Assembly (NCBI GenBank): GCA_963698225.1
Contig: CAVOPW010000022.1
Coordinates: 26,244 to 90,243, forward strand
DNA: 64,000 nucleotides
Origin: an uncultured bacterium
Lineage (GTDB): Bacteria; Zixibacteria; MSB-5A5; CAIYYT01
Reading direction: 5' to 3'
The notes under the pieces were generated by a model. It made no database searches. It saw only the letters and a program-made list of their open reading frames with translations, and had not been told where the DNA came from. The position numbers were made by a program, and so were the translations under genes. Positions 41,544-51,214 of this stretch are shown here, in pieces. Every line of letters begins with the position of its first letter. Position 1 is the first letter of the stretch.

Positions 41544-41813
41544 GTGACTTCACAATACGTTATAGCGTTAGGGAAGGAAGCAATCATACTTACGCTGATG
41601 GTTTCAGCGCCGATGTTGATCCTCGGACTTATTGTCGGGTTGGCGATTGCAATCTTCCAGGCCGTCACCCAGATTCACGAAATGACGCTGACCTTTGTTC
41701 CCAAGATCATCGCGGTCGGATTGGCGCTGTTGATCTGCTTTCCCTGGATTATCAACATGATGGTCGGCTTTACGACAAGGCTGTTTACCTCGATTCCAAC
41801 GCTGGTGGGATGA
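41544..41813 (+). CDS. fliQ: Flagellar export gate protein
   Basis: FQAVTQIHEMTLTFVPK. Confidence 0.96.
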   Translation: MTSQYVIALGKEAIILTLMVSAPMLILGLIVGLAIAIFQAVTQIHEMTLTFVPKIIAVGLALLICFPWIINMMVGFTTRLFTSIPTLVG

Positions 41814-41920
41814 ATACTTTTCCCCGCCGGGAAGAAAAATACTCCTGCAATAGTCCCGGCAGTCCCCGGCGATTCTGTGCAAGTACCTCTCTTTTAACAA
41901 GTTAGAACTGCGTTCCTCTT

Positions 41921-41936
41921 CGGCACAGGCATTGCT
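41921..41936 (+). promoter_or_regulatory. Internal sigma54 promoter before fliR
   Basis: CGGCAC-AGGCA-TTGCT in a 154 bp gap. Confidence 0.75.
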
Positions 41937-41967
41937 AAAGGTAGTGCGAAGAGGAGAAATCTAACTC

Positions 41968-42759
41968 GTGCAGACAGAAGCGATATTCGGACTCACACTT
42001 GACAACATAGTCGTTTTCCTCCTGTCGACCTTCCGGGTCGGCGGGCTGTTTGTCGCCGCACCCGTTTTCGGTCAAACCACGGTTCCGGTTCAAGTCAAGA
42101 TCATGCTGACCTTGATGTTCGGCTATTTCCTCTTTCCGTTAGTCGGAACCCAGACATTCCAGCTTGATCCGGGTTTGCTGCCGCTGGTTTTGCTCGGGGC
42201 CAAGGAATTCATGTTCGGGTTGATAATCGGATTTCTGTTTCAACTCATTTTCCTTGGCGTTCAGTTCGGCGGCGGTGTCCTCGGTTATCAGATCGGATAC
42301 GCGATGGTGAACGTGATCGATCCATCGACGTCGGAAAGCGTGCCGATTATCGGCCAACTCAAGCTGATCCTTTCGACGCTAATATTCTTCATCATCGACG
42401 GCCACCATGTGATCCTGCAGGCGCTGTTTGAGTCATACAAAGTCGTGCCGTTAGGGCATGTGTCTTTCAACCCACTGGCGATGGATGCGGTCATGCATGC
42501 AACGGCGGCGGTGTTCGTCGTTGGAATCAAGATCGCGGCGCCGGTACTGGTGACTTTGTTCATAACGGACATTTGCCTGGGTATCGTTGCCCGTACCATG
42601 CCGCAGATGAACATTCTCATCGTCGGATTCCAGGTCAAGATCGGTGCGGGACTGATCATGCTGGCTCTGGGGCTGCCGTTCTTCCAGTTCATGTTCACCA
42701 AGGTGTTCAACCAATTGAGTATCGACGCCTTTAGGATTACGAAAGGCTTTGCAGGTTAG
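41968..42759 (+). CDS. fliR: Flagellar export gate protein
   Basis: APVFG..VP..VK, DGHH, RTMPQMNI. Confidence 0.95.
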   Translation: MQTEAIFGLTLDNIVVFLLSTFRVGGLFVAAPVFGQTTVPVQVKIMLTLMFGYFLFPLVGTQTFQLDPGLLPLVLLGAKEFMFGLIIGFLFQLIFLGVQFGGGVLGYQIGYAMVNVIDPSTSESVPIIGQLKLILSTLIFFIIDGHHVILQALFESYKVVPLGHVSFNPLAMDAVMHATAAVFVVGIKIAAPVLVTLFITDICLGIVARTMPQMNILIVGFQVKIGAGLIMLALGLPFFQFMFTKVFNQLSIDAFRITKGFAG

Positions 42760-42762
42760 GTC

Positions 42763-43839
42763 ATGGCAGACGAATCGTTCCAGGAACGGACTGAAGAGCC
42801 CACCCCCAAACGGATCAAGGAAGCGCGCGAGAAGGGACAGGTCGCCCGGTCGGCGGAACTTAGTTCGGTCGTGATCATGCTCGCGTCGGCGGCCTCGTTG
42901 ATCGCTTTGGGGCCGCTGATGTCCTCGACCAGCCGCGACATGCTGACCTGGATACTCACGAATGCCACCACTTTTGACCTGACGGCCGCCACGGCTCCGG
43001 CCTTCATGCTGCAGATTGCCCTGATTTTTGTGAAGATCTGTGCGCCGATTGTCATCGTGATGGTGGTGATCGCGTTCGGAGTCTCCTACGTGCAAGTCGG
43101 CAACGTAATCTCGACCCAGGCCCTCGAACCCAAGTTCGAGAAGCTCAATTTTGTTTCGGGGCTGAAGAAGCTGGTCAGTATGAAATCGATGGTCACGGCC
43201 GTGCGCGATATTATCAAGCTGACGATCATCGTTCTCATCGCCTATTACGCCATCAAGAAAGAAGTCCCGCACATGGTCGGGTTTGTGGACATGAATGTGG
43301 CGGAGATAGCGACGGCGATGACGGCGATCACACTCAAGATTTCATTCAAGATCCTCCTGGCGTTGGCGGTGATCGCAATTCTGGATTATGTTTACCAGAA
43401 GTGGGACTACACCAAAGGCCTGCGGATGTCACTGCAGGATATCAAAGAGGAACTCAAACAGACTGAAGGTAACCCGCAGATCAAGGGCCGTATCCGCGCC
43501 ATCCAGCGCGAGCAGGCGCGCAAGCGCATGATGCAAGATGTTCCCAAGGCGGACGTCGTCATCACCAACCCGACGCACATCGCCGTCGCACTGAAGTACG
43601 ATACCGATATAATGGAGGCTCCGAAGGTTTTGGCCAAGGGCGAGCGCCTGATCGCGGAAGCGATCAAGAAGATCGCTTACGAAGCGGGCGTGCCGGTTGT
43701 TGAAAACAAGCCGTTGGCGCGGGCGCTGTTCAAGACCGTCGAAGTCGGAATGCAGATTCCGGGCGACCTGTACAAGGCCGTAGCTGAAGTCCTGGCCTAC
43801 GTCTACAACCTCAACGGCAAGAGTAAGAGGAAAGCCTGA
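42763..43839 (+). CDS. flhB: Flagellar export switch protein
   Basis: ERTEEPTPKR, EG.PQIKGRIR, NPTH autocleavage motif. Confidence 0.97.
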   Translation: MADESFQERTEEPTPKRIKEAREKGQVARSAELSSVVIMLASAASLIALGPLMSSTSRDMLTWILTNATTFDLTAATAPAFMLQIALIFVKICAPIVIVMVVIAFGVSYVQVGNVISTQALEPKFEKLNFVSGLKKLVSMKSMVTAVRDIIKLTIIVLIAYYAIKKEVPHMVGFVDMNVAEIATAMTAITLKISFKILLALAVIAILDYVYQKWDYTKGLRMSLQDIKEELKQTEGNPQIKGRIRAIQREQARKRMMQDVPKADVVITNPTHIAVALKYDTDIMEAPKVLAKGERLIAEAIKKIAYEAGVPVVENKPLARALFKTVEVGMQIPGDLYKAVAEVLAYVYNLNGKSKRKA

Positions 43840-45899
43840 TGAAGAATATCGGCGGTTACTCTGATGTAATTCTGGCTGTCGCCGTCATTGGAATTATCGG
43901 TGTGCTGATCATTCCGGTGCCGACGGGGCTCCTCGATTTGCTGCTTGCCGCCAATATTTCACTGTCGCTGGTGATACTGCTGTCGACGCTATATCTGAAG
44001 CGGCCGCTCGATTTCTCGGTATTCCCCGGTCTGCTGCTGGTGGTCACCCTGTTCCGGCTTTCGCTGAACGTGGCCTCGACGCGGCTGATTCTTGGTGATG
44101 GGTATGCGGGAGCGGTGATCGAGTCATTTGGCAATTTCGTGGTGAAGGGCAATTACGTCGTCGGGTTTATCATCTTCATCATCCTGGTGGTGATTCAGTT
44201 TGTCGTGATCACAAAGGGCGCGGGAAGAATCAGCGAAGTTGCCGCAAGATTTACTTTGGATGCAATGCCCGGCAAGCAGATGGCGATCGATGCCGATCTT
44301 AATGCCGGTTTGATCAATGATGATGATGCGCGCCGCCGGCGCTCGGAAATCACGAAGGAAGCCGACTTCTATGGAGCGATGGACGGTGCGTCCAAATTTG
44401 TTCGCGGTGATGCGGTGGCCGGCATTCTCATTACGCTCGTCAACGTCATCGGCGGTTTCATTATCGGTATGGCGCAGGAGGGGCTCACGATTACGGAGGC
44501 TCTGCGCCACTACACACTGCTTTCGGTTGGCGACGGGTTGGTGACACAAATTCCGGCGCTAATCGTGGCGACGGCTTCGGGTATCCTGGTCACGCGCGCT
44601 GCCGGCGATTCCAATCTCGGCGCGGAAATGACCAAGCAAATGACGCTGCAGCCCAAGGCGCTGGCCGTGGCTTCGGGGATTGTTTTCCTGCTCGGTATTG
44701 TGCCCGGCATGCCGTTTTTGCCCTTCAGCATCTTTGCGATCATCGTTGGCGCGGCGGCCTATCTGACGACGCGGGCGATGAAGGACAAAGAGGAAGCGGC
44801 GGCAGCCGGTCCGGTGCGCATTGAACCGCCGGAGCACAAGACGCCCACGCAGCAGGCGGAAGAATCTCTCCACCTTGACACGCTGGAGCTGGAGATCGGT
44901 TACGGATTGATTCCGCTGGTCGATGTGCAGCAGGGCGGCGATCTGCTGGAGCGGATCTCGACGATTCGCCGCCAGTTAGCGCAGGAACTGGGCGTGATCG
45001 TTCCGCCGATTCGCATCCGCGACAATGTCCAGCTCAAACCGAATCTCTATGAAGTGAAACTCAAGGGCAACAGCATTGCCCGTTACGAATTGATGGTCGA
45101 CCATCTACTCGCGATCAATCCCGGTTACCTCGACGACGATATCGACGGTTTTGCGGCGAAAGAGCCGGCCTTCGGCATGAACGCCAAGTGGATTATCCAA
45201 AATTACAAAGAACTGGCAGAGATGAAGGGTTACACGGTCGTCGAGCCAGGAGCCGTGATGGCAACCCACATTACGGAACTGATCAAAAGTCATGCGGCGG
45301 AGATTTTCACGCGGCAAGACGTCAAGAATCTGGTGGACCGCGTCAAGAAGGACTCTCCGGCGGCCGTGGATGATGTTGTCGGCGAGATCGTACCGATCGC
45401 GACACTGCAGAAAGTACTGCAGAATCTGCTCCAAGAGCGCATCAGCATCCGCGACATGGTGACAATTCTCGAGTCACTGGCGGAATACTCCCAACAGACC
45501 AAGGACGCGGATGTCCTGACCGAGTATGTGCGGATGGCGCTGCGGCGGACGATCACCCACACCTATGCCGGCACTGACGGCACGATGAACGTCTTCACGC
45601 TGGAGCCGCGCACGGAAAAATTCCTGTCGGACAATGTTCAGGCGACCAAACAAGGGTTGATGCTGGTAATCCAGCCGGCGAACGGCGAGATCCTGACGCA
45701 GAGAATTGCCAAGGCCGCCGAGCGCATGAGCCGCGAAGGCCACACGCCGCTATTGCTGGTCAGTCCGAATGTGCGGATGGCTCTCCATCGTTACCTGCAG
45801 GGTGCGATTCCGAACCTGGTTGTGGTTTCGTATTCCGAGATCCTCCCTCAAGTTGAAGTTTTCTCAAAGGAAGCAGTGAGCATATACGATGCTAATTAA
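43839..45899 (+). CDS. flhA: Flagellar export apparatus protein
   Basis: EVAARFTLDAMPGKQMAIDADL, FYGAMDGASKFVRGDA. Confidence 0.98.
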   Translation: MKNIGGYSDVILAVAVIGIIGVLIIPVPTGLLDLLLAANISLSLVILLSTLYLKRPLDFSVFPGLLLVVTLFRLSLNVASTRLILGDGYAGAVIESFGNFVVKGNYVVGFIIFIILVVIQFVVITKGAGRISEVAARFTLDAMPGKQMAIDADLNAGLINDDDARRRRSEITKEADFYGAMDGASKFVRGDAVAGILITLVNVIGGFIIGMAQEGLTITEALRHYTLLSVGDGLVTQIPALIVATASGILVTRAAGDSNLGAEMTKQMTLQPKALAVASGIVFLLGIVPGMPFLPFSIFAIIVGAAAYLTTRAMKDKEEAAAAGPVRIEPPEHKTPTQQAEESLHLDTLELEIGYGLIPLVDVQQGGDLLERISTIRRQLAQELGVIVPPIRIRDNVQLKPNLYEVKLKGNSIARYELMVDHLLAINPGYLDDDIDGFAAKEPAFGMNAKWIIQNYKELAEMKGYTVVEPGAVMATHITELIKSHAAEIFTRQDVKNLVDRVKKDSPAAVDDVVGEIVPIATLQKVLQNLLQERISIRDMVTILESLAEYSQQTKDADVLTEYVRMALRRTITHTYAGTDGTMNVFTLEPRTEKFLSDNVQATKQGLMLVIQPANGEILTQRIAKAAERMSREGHTPLLLVSPNVRMALHRYLQGAIPNLVVVSYSEILPQVEVFSKEAVSIYDAN

Positions 45900-46908
45900 G
45901 AATTTTCAAGCGAACACGATTCAGGACGCCTTGGACCTGGTCCGCCGGGAATTCGGCAAAGAGGCCGTAATCCTCAAGACTGATGTTGTGCGCAACAACG
46001 GTTCACGTCAATTCAGCGTCACCGCTGCCCGCGATTACGATGCGCGGCAGGTGGCAACGGCGAAAGTCATGGCGCCGGTCGCGGCGACGCCGGCGGTCAG
46101 TGTACCCGCCACGAGTTCGCTGCGACTGGAATCGGCACTTTTGGATGTCGTGATCCCCGAGCTTCTCAGCGGCGAAGTGAAGCAAATCTATCTGTCGATG
46201 CGCTGCCACGATGTGGAATCGCGGCTGGCCCTGGACATCTGCCGTCAACTGCAACGCCAGGACACCACCAGTCGCGAGGGCTTGGCCAAGATCATGACCG
46301 CGATTGCACCGCAATCGATCGGCCTGCCGGAAGGCAGTTCGAACATTGTCTTTGTCGGGCCGTGCGGTTCGGGAAAGAGCTCGATGCTGGCGAAGTTTGC
46401 CACGGAGTTTGTATTCCATCGCAAGCAAAAGGTGACGTTGCAGACGCTCGACAATTTCCGTCCCGGCGCCGAAGAGGAAATTACGAATCTCACCGAGATC
46501 CTCGAGCTGGTCGTTGAGACCAATGGCCACAAATCGAAACCACGGCCGATCTCGCATCACCTGATCGACACTACCGGCCTGGTGCTTGGTGATCAAAGCG
46601 GGCGCGAAGCCTTAGCAAATGAACTGGCACAGATAGACAATCGTTTCACGGTTCTGGTGCTGGCACTGACGACCGGCTGGACCAATATCCGCCATTACAT
46701 TGAATTCGCGCGGCCGCTGGAAATTGATGCCATCGCGCTGACGCAACTTGACGCTACCGATAGCTGTGGAACGGTGTTGAATTTGGCGGTTGGCGAGTAT
46801 CCGCCGCTGCTTTGCCTAAGCGATTCCCGGCTGCCGAATGCCGTGATATACGATTTCGATGCAAACTTGTGTCTCGATAAGCTGATCGGGGGCGAGAGTG
46901 TTGAGTAG
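45889..46908 (+). CDS. flhF: Divergent FlhF-like SRP GTPase
   Basis: N-terminal EFGKEAVIL, GPCGSGKS, DNFRPGA, DTTG, TQLD; follows flhA. Confidence 0.8.
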   Translation: MLIKNFQANTIQDALDLVRREFGKEAVILKTDVVRNNGSRQFSVTAARDYDARQVATAKVMAPVAATPAVSVPATSSLRLESALLDVVIPELLSGEVKQIYLSMRCHDVESRLALDICRQLQRQDTTSREGLAKIMTAIAPQSIGLPEGSSNIVFVGPCGSGKSSMLAKFATEFVFHRKQKVTLQTLDNFRPGAEEEITNLTEILELVVETNGHKSKPRPISHHLIDTTGLVLGDQSGREALANELAQIDNRFTVLVLALTTGWTNIRHYIEFARPLEIDAIALTQLDATDSCGTVLNLAVGEYPPLLCLSDSRLPNAVIYDFDANLCLDKLIGGESVE

Positions 46909-47764
46909 CAGCGTGCGTCCGGCGAGCCGCGCTTTTTGCGCAACCGTATGTTCCGGCAAAGGCGGGGTGGGCAAGTCGACGATCGCGGTGCTGTTGGCCT
47001 CGAGGCTGGCGGATGCCGGCTACCGGACGCTGCTCATCGACGCGGACTGCGGACTGGGCGATTTGGCGACGTTGACCAATTCCATTGTCCGGAGAGGTTT
47101 TGAAGCCGTGTTGGCGGGCGCAGCGACCTTGGAGGAAGCGACGGTCAAGATCGGGCCGCGGCTGTGGCTCATCGGCACCGAGGCCGGCGCGAAACTCGCG
47201 GGCCAGGTTCCGGAGCTTGAGGGCCTCGGTCATTGCGCGCAAATCGACACGCTGTTTGATGTCGTGATCATCGACACGCCGTCGTCGCTTGACCCTCTGA
47301 TCCTGAACTTGATCGCACTGTGCGATCTAAGCATCAGCGTCACCACACCGCATATTCCCGCGATTGCGGATTCCTACATACAGATCAAGCAGGCCGGCGA
47401 AGTCAGCGATAAGGGCCCGGCGGCATTTATCGTCAACAAGGCAGATACAGAGATTGAAGGGGATCAATCGACCGCGAAGTTCAGCGAGCTGGTAGAGAAA
47501 TTCCTGACGCGAACAATGCTGGCCCTCGGCTATCTCGAGTTTAATCCGCTGGTGCAGAAGTATTCGGAGAGCCAGTCGTTGACGACGATTCCGGCCGAAC
47601 TTGACGGGGCTGTTAAAAAATTGGACAGAATGGTTAAGACCTTGCGCGAACAACACATAGACAAGGCAAGGCGCGGAGCATCGCTGTGGGAGCGGCTGGG
47701 CGAGGCCATGACGTTAAAACGCGTTGGCGGCTTTGACGATACGCCAGTGATGGTTCATAACTAA
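46898..47764 (+). CDS. flhG: MinD/FlhG family ATPase
   Basis: SGKGGVGKS, IDAD.GL, IIDTP, VNK; lies between flhF and fliA. Confidence 0.85.
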   Translation: MLSSSVRPASRAFCATVCSGKGGVGKSTIAVLLASRLADAGYRTLLIDADCGLGDLATLTNSIVRRGFEAVLAGAATLEEATVKIGPRLWLIGTEAGAKLAGQVPELEGLGHCAQIDTLFDVVIIDTPSSLDPLILNLIALCDLSISVTTPHIPAIADSYIQIKQAGEVSDKGPAAFIVNKADTEIEGDQSTAKFSELVEKFLTRTMLALGYLEFNPLVQKYSESQSLTTIPAELDGAVKKLDRMVKTLREQHIDKARRGASLWERLGEAMTLKRVGGFDDTPVMVHN

Positions 47765-47825
47765 ACGTGTGCTCGAATTAAATGGATTTCTATTTCGATA
47801 TTAACAGGAAAGGCGTGAAGAGCTT

Positions 47826-48584
47826 ATGAACGTTGCAGATGCATGGAAGGACTACCGCAGCACGGGTAACCCGGAGATCCGGCAACAGTTGCTGTCGCAC
47901 TATCTGCCGCTTGTCCGAAACGTCGCGGGACGCCTCGCGATGGGATTTCCCAAGACTGTGGAGCTGCCGGATCTGGTGAACACCGGCGTCATCGGACTGA
48001 TCGAGGCCTTTGCCAATTTTGATCCGACACGCGGGATCAAATTCGAGACGTATGCCGTGCCGCGCATTCGCGGCGCCATTCTGGACGAATTGCGGAGCCT
48101 TGACTGGGTGCCGCGTTCGACCCGCGCCAAGTCACGCGAACTTGATCGCGCCCACCACGAGTTGGAGGGCAGACTCGGGCGCAAGCCGTCGCACCGCGAA
48201 TTGGCGAAGTACATGAATGTGACCATCGATGAGTTCGGCGCCACACTCTCCGACGTCAGCGGTGCAACGCTCCTGTCGCTGGACGAGATGATCTACCGGG
48301 AAGAGGACAATCGCCAGATTCCGCGCATCGAAACGGTCGAAGGACCGGCGGAGTTTTCCGTGCTCGGCGAGATCGAAGAGATGGAACTGCGCGCCTACCT
48401 CGGTGTGGCAGTGGCGAATCTGACCGAGCAAGAGCGTCTGGTGATCGCCCTATACTATTACGAAGAGCTGACACTGAAGGAAATCGGGGAAGTGATGACG
48501 ATTTCCGAATCGCGCGTTTCGCAGATTCACACCAAGGCCGTCATGAAGCTGCGGAATCTGGTGCGCGAGAAATTCGCAATGTAG
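47826..48584 (+). CDS. fliA: Flagellar sigma factor sigma28
   Basis: KFETYAVPRIRGAILDELRSLDWVPRS; YYEELTLKEIGEV..ISESRVSQIH. Confidence 0.96.
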   Translation: MNVADAWKDYRSTGNPEIRQQLLSHYLPLVRNVAGRLAMGFPKTVELPDLVNTGVIGLIEAFANFDPTRGIKFETYAVPRIRGAILDELRSLDWVPRSTRAKSRELDRAHHELEGRLGRKPSHRELAKYMNVTIDEFGATLSDVSGATLLSLDEMIYREEDNRQIPRIETVEGPAEFSVLGEIEEMELRAYLGVAVANLTEQERLVIALYYYEELTLKEIGEVMTISESRVSQIHTKAVMKLRNLVREKFAM

Positions 48585-48598
48585 GCAGGTGATGCGAT

Positions 48599-48880
48599 GT
48601 GGTAAAGCCGATTGCTTTTGCTGACAATCTGGCGAAAACGCCGTTAGCCGAGCGTGTCAACCAACTGCAGAAGACAGCACCCGACACGGACCAGCGGCAG
48701 GCCGCACAGATTGCCGAAGCACAGCGAGTGCAGAAGCACCGCGAGGCTCAACCGACGGAAAAGACCGATGAAGCGATTATTCATCGGGACAAAGAGCAGG
48801 CGCAGCACGAGAGCAAAGAGAAGAAGCAAGAGAAAGACACGGATAAGGAAAAGAAGAGCGGTCTGGATGTGACCGGCTGA
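48599..48880 (+). CDS. Small charged hypothetical protein of the flagellar cluster
   Basis: RBS + GTG, Q/E/K-rich, ends GLDVTG; tightly packed in operon. Confidence 0.6.
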   Translation: MVKPIAFADNLAKTPLAERVNQLQKTAPDTDQRQAAQIAEAQRVQKHREAQPTEKTDEAIIHRDKEQAQHESKEKKQEKDTDKEKKSGLDVTG

Positions 48881-48894
48881 CAGAGGAGTCAATT

Positions 48895-49329
48895 ATGGAT
48901 ACATGGAACGTAGCGAGACTGATATTGGATAGCGCATTCGCGATCACCATCGTGAGCTTTGTTGCCATCTTCTTTTATCGCCGCGAAAAGAGAATTCGAT
49001 CGCTGATTGCCCAATACGTCATGAAGGCTGCCGATCAAACGACGCCGGTGCTGACGCACGAGCCGCAGCGCGAACCCGTTTATGAGTCCCCGATTAACCT
49101 TCGCCCGTCAAGGCCGCGCACGGTCAAGCCGGACCTGGTGGCGCAATATGAATCGCAGCGGAATTTCGCGCCGGCGCCGCCCCCGGCTCCAACGGCCAGG
49201 AAGGCGACGCGGGCGGAGAAATACCTGGAAGCGGTGCGCATGTACCGCCAAGGCAGTCGGCGTGAAGACATAGAGAAGAATCTTGGCATTTCGTTCATGG
49301 AATTGGAACTGCTGGGTCAACTGAAGTAG
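48895..49329 (+). CDS. Membrane-anchored protein with C-terminal HTH-like motif (DUF2802/SwrB-like)
   Basis: N-terminal TM; YLEAVRMYRQG..EDIEKNLGIS..ELELL. Confidence 0.6.
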   Translation: MDTWNVARLILDSAFAITIVSFVAIFFYRREKRIRSLIAQYVMKAADQTTPVLTHEPQREPVYESPINLRPSRPRTVKPDLVAQYESQRNFAPAPPPAPTARKATRAEKYLEAVRMYRQGSRREDIEKNLGISFMELELLGQLK

Positions 49330-49362
49330 AGGCGCGGAAGAATAAGGAGAAGGTAGGCAAAT

Positions 49363-50556
49363 ATGGCCATGGAATCACCGTTTTTTCTGACCAAGGTTGA
49401 ATGCCCGGTCTGCAAGACGATCAACGAATTCGAAAACATCAAAGTCGGCGCTTACATTGAAGAAGATCACGACACGGATTTCTGTCCGGTCGGCCGTCAA
49501 TGGCGCAATCCCAAGTACGAGATTTACAATCCGCTGCTTTTCTTCATGGCAACCTGTGAAAACTGCCTCTATACGCGGGAATTCAACCAAGCCTTCAAGG
49601 ACTGGAAGAACGACAGCGCGTTCCGCAGTTACCGCCTCAAGCCAATGCAGTCGCGTCACCTTGAGGCACTGGCCGTCGACGGGTCGGTGCTGAAGATGCT
49701 GGGGCAGGCGCGCGACCCGCAGCTCAATCCGTTTGCCACCGCGGTGACCAAGTTTCTCTTGGGAATATATGACGAACTATTGTTGGAGCATCCGCGCAAA
49801 CTTGACCTCGGGCGCTTCTATCTGCGCCTGGCGTGGCTTTATCGCGAAAATTTCGGGCAGGCTCCGGTCGCGGCTGCGGATGATCTTTCGCATTTCGCCT
49901 ATGATATCGAGAAGGCGTATGCCAAGCTGAAGCAGGCGCGAGATTATCTGAACCTCAATGTCAATACGATTTCGCAGCTGGTCAATGAGGCGTTTGCAAA
50001 GAACAACCCGGCCAGCTCCGGCAACGCCGAATTCCTGACTGTCCAAGAAAACTTCAAATCCGAGTTGACCCGCATCAGTGAGCTGCAGAACGCCCTCAAC
50101 GGGGCAATTGGTGAGATGGCCCAGGCGGTCGAAAAGAACTCACGGCTGCGACTGGACTGTGCGCCCCGTTCCGAAGGAGGAGCGGTGGCTTACGGCGGTT
50201 TTGCATCCTTTGAAGCATTTATCCGCGAGGTCAAATCGCGCTGGGAGTATGCGCCGGTCAACGAGCAGGAGGCGCTGCTGTACGCAATCGAGTTCTACAA
50301 GAGCGCACTGGAGGACGGCCACGAAATTCAACCGGGAAACCAGCAGATTCAGGCGACCTATCTGATCGCCGAGTTATCGCGCCGGATCGGCCGCAACACC
50401 GAAGCCAAGCTCTATTTCAATAATACCATCAAGGCCGGTCAGCAGTTCGTCTTCGACAATCGCGGCGACCAGACCCGTACGGCCCTGGCGCGCAAGATCA
50501 TTGATCTCGCGGTTGTCCAGGGCAAGAGCAACCTTGAGGCCAGTCGAGGCAATTGA
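49363..50556 (+). CDS. DUF2225-like Zn-binding/TPR protein with coiled-coil insertion
   Basis: CPVC..F, D.DFCP, CENCLY, YLRLAWLYR, YLIAELSRRIG. Confidence 0.8.
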   Translation: MAMESPFFLTKVECPVCKTINEFENIKVGAYIEEDHDTDFCPVGRQWRNPKYEIYNPLLFFMATCENCLYTREFNQAFKDWKNDSAFRSYRLKPMQSRHLEALAVDGSVLKMLGQARDPQLNPFATAVTKFLLGIYDELLLEHPRKLDLGRFYLRLAWLYRENFGQAPVAAADDLSHFAYDIEKAYAKLKQARDYLNLNVNTISQLVNEAFAKNNPASSGNAEFLTVQENFKSELTRISELQNALNGAIGEMAQAVEKNSRLRLDCAPRSEGGAVAYGGFASFEAFIREVKSRWEYAPVNEQEALLYAIEFYKSALEDGHEIQPGNQQIQATYLIAELSRRIGRNTEAKLYFNNTIKAGQQFVFDNRGDQTRTALARKIIDLAVVQGKSNLEASRGN

Positions 50557-50704
50557 CCGTGGTACAAACGAGAGATCGCGCGGCGACCGTTCGGGCATGC
50601 CCGGACTTTGGGGGAAACCCGGCGCACGGCACTACTGAATCACATTTTGCACAACAAGCGGCCCTCAACAAACCAGGGCTGATTTTATCAGACAGGAGAA
50701 GGCA

Positions 50705-51214
50705 ATGAGCAGACAAGAGACACAGGCAAAGGACGAGAACTTCGTCATCAAACAACCGCTGCAGCTCTACAAGGAGCGCAAGCGCCGTTTCGTGCGACTG
50801 GAGATTGCGGCGCCGGTCACCTACGGCGTGCTGAATATCGACCGGCCGTTAGACGAGGCTCTGCAAAATCAGCGCAATGGCACGATGCTGAACCTATCCG
50901 GCGGCGGCGTGCTGATGGTGGTCGATCAAAACCTGACCGAAGGCACCTACCTGACGTTGAGTTTTGAATTGGCCGGCAGCGATCTGATTACCGGCATCGC
51001 GGGCAAAGTCAAACGTATCGACGACGACGGCGAAGGCGGGTATCTGGCGGGTGTCGAATTCTGCTCGGAGACCGAGTTGAGTTCCGTGTTCGGCAACGCC
51101 AATATCGGCAGCGTGATTTCGAGTTTTGACAATAAGGTGAAGCGTTTCCTGCTCAAGTACATCTTCGCCCGCAAGGTCCAGGAGCGTCTGGAGCAAAGTT
51201 CAGATGAAAAATAA
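50705..51214 (+). CDS. PilZ-domain c-di-GMP receptor
   Basis: KRRFVR (RxxxR) and NLSGGG motifs. Confidence 0.85.
   Translation: MSRQETQAKDENFVIKQPLQLYKERKRRFVRLEIAAPVTYGVLNIDRPLDEALQNQRNGTMLNLSGGGVLMVVDQNLTEGTYLTLSFELAGSDLITGIAGKVKRIDDDGEGGYLAGVEFCSETELSSVFGNANIGSVISSFDNKVKRFLLKYIFARKVQERLEQSSDEK

Noticed and set aside
40628-43272. Long antisense ORFs (346, 273 aa) over fliP-flhB and similar shadows elsewhere
   Set aside because: Opposite-strand shadows of well-conserved genes in GC-rich DNA
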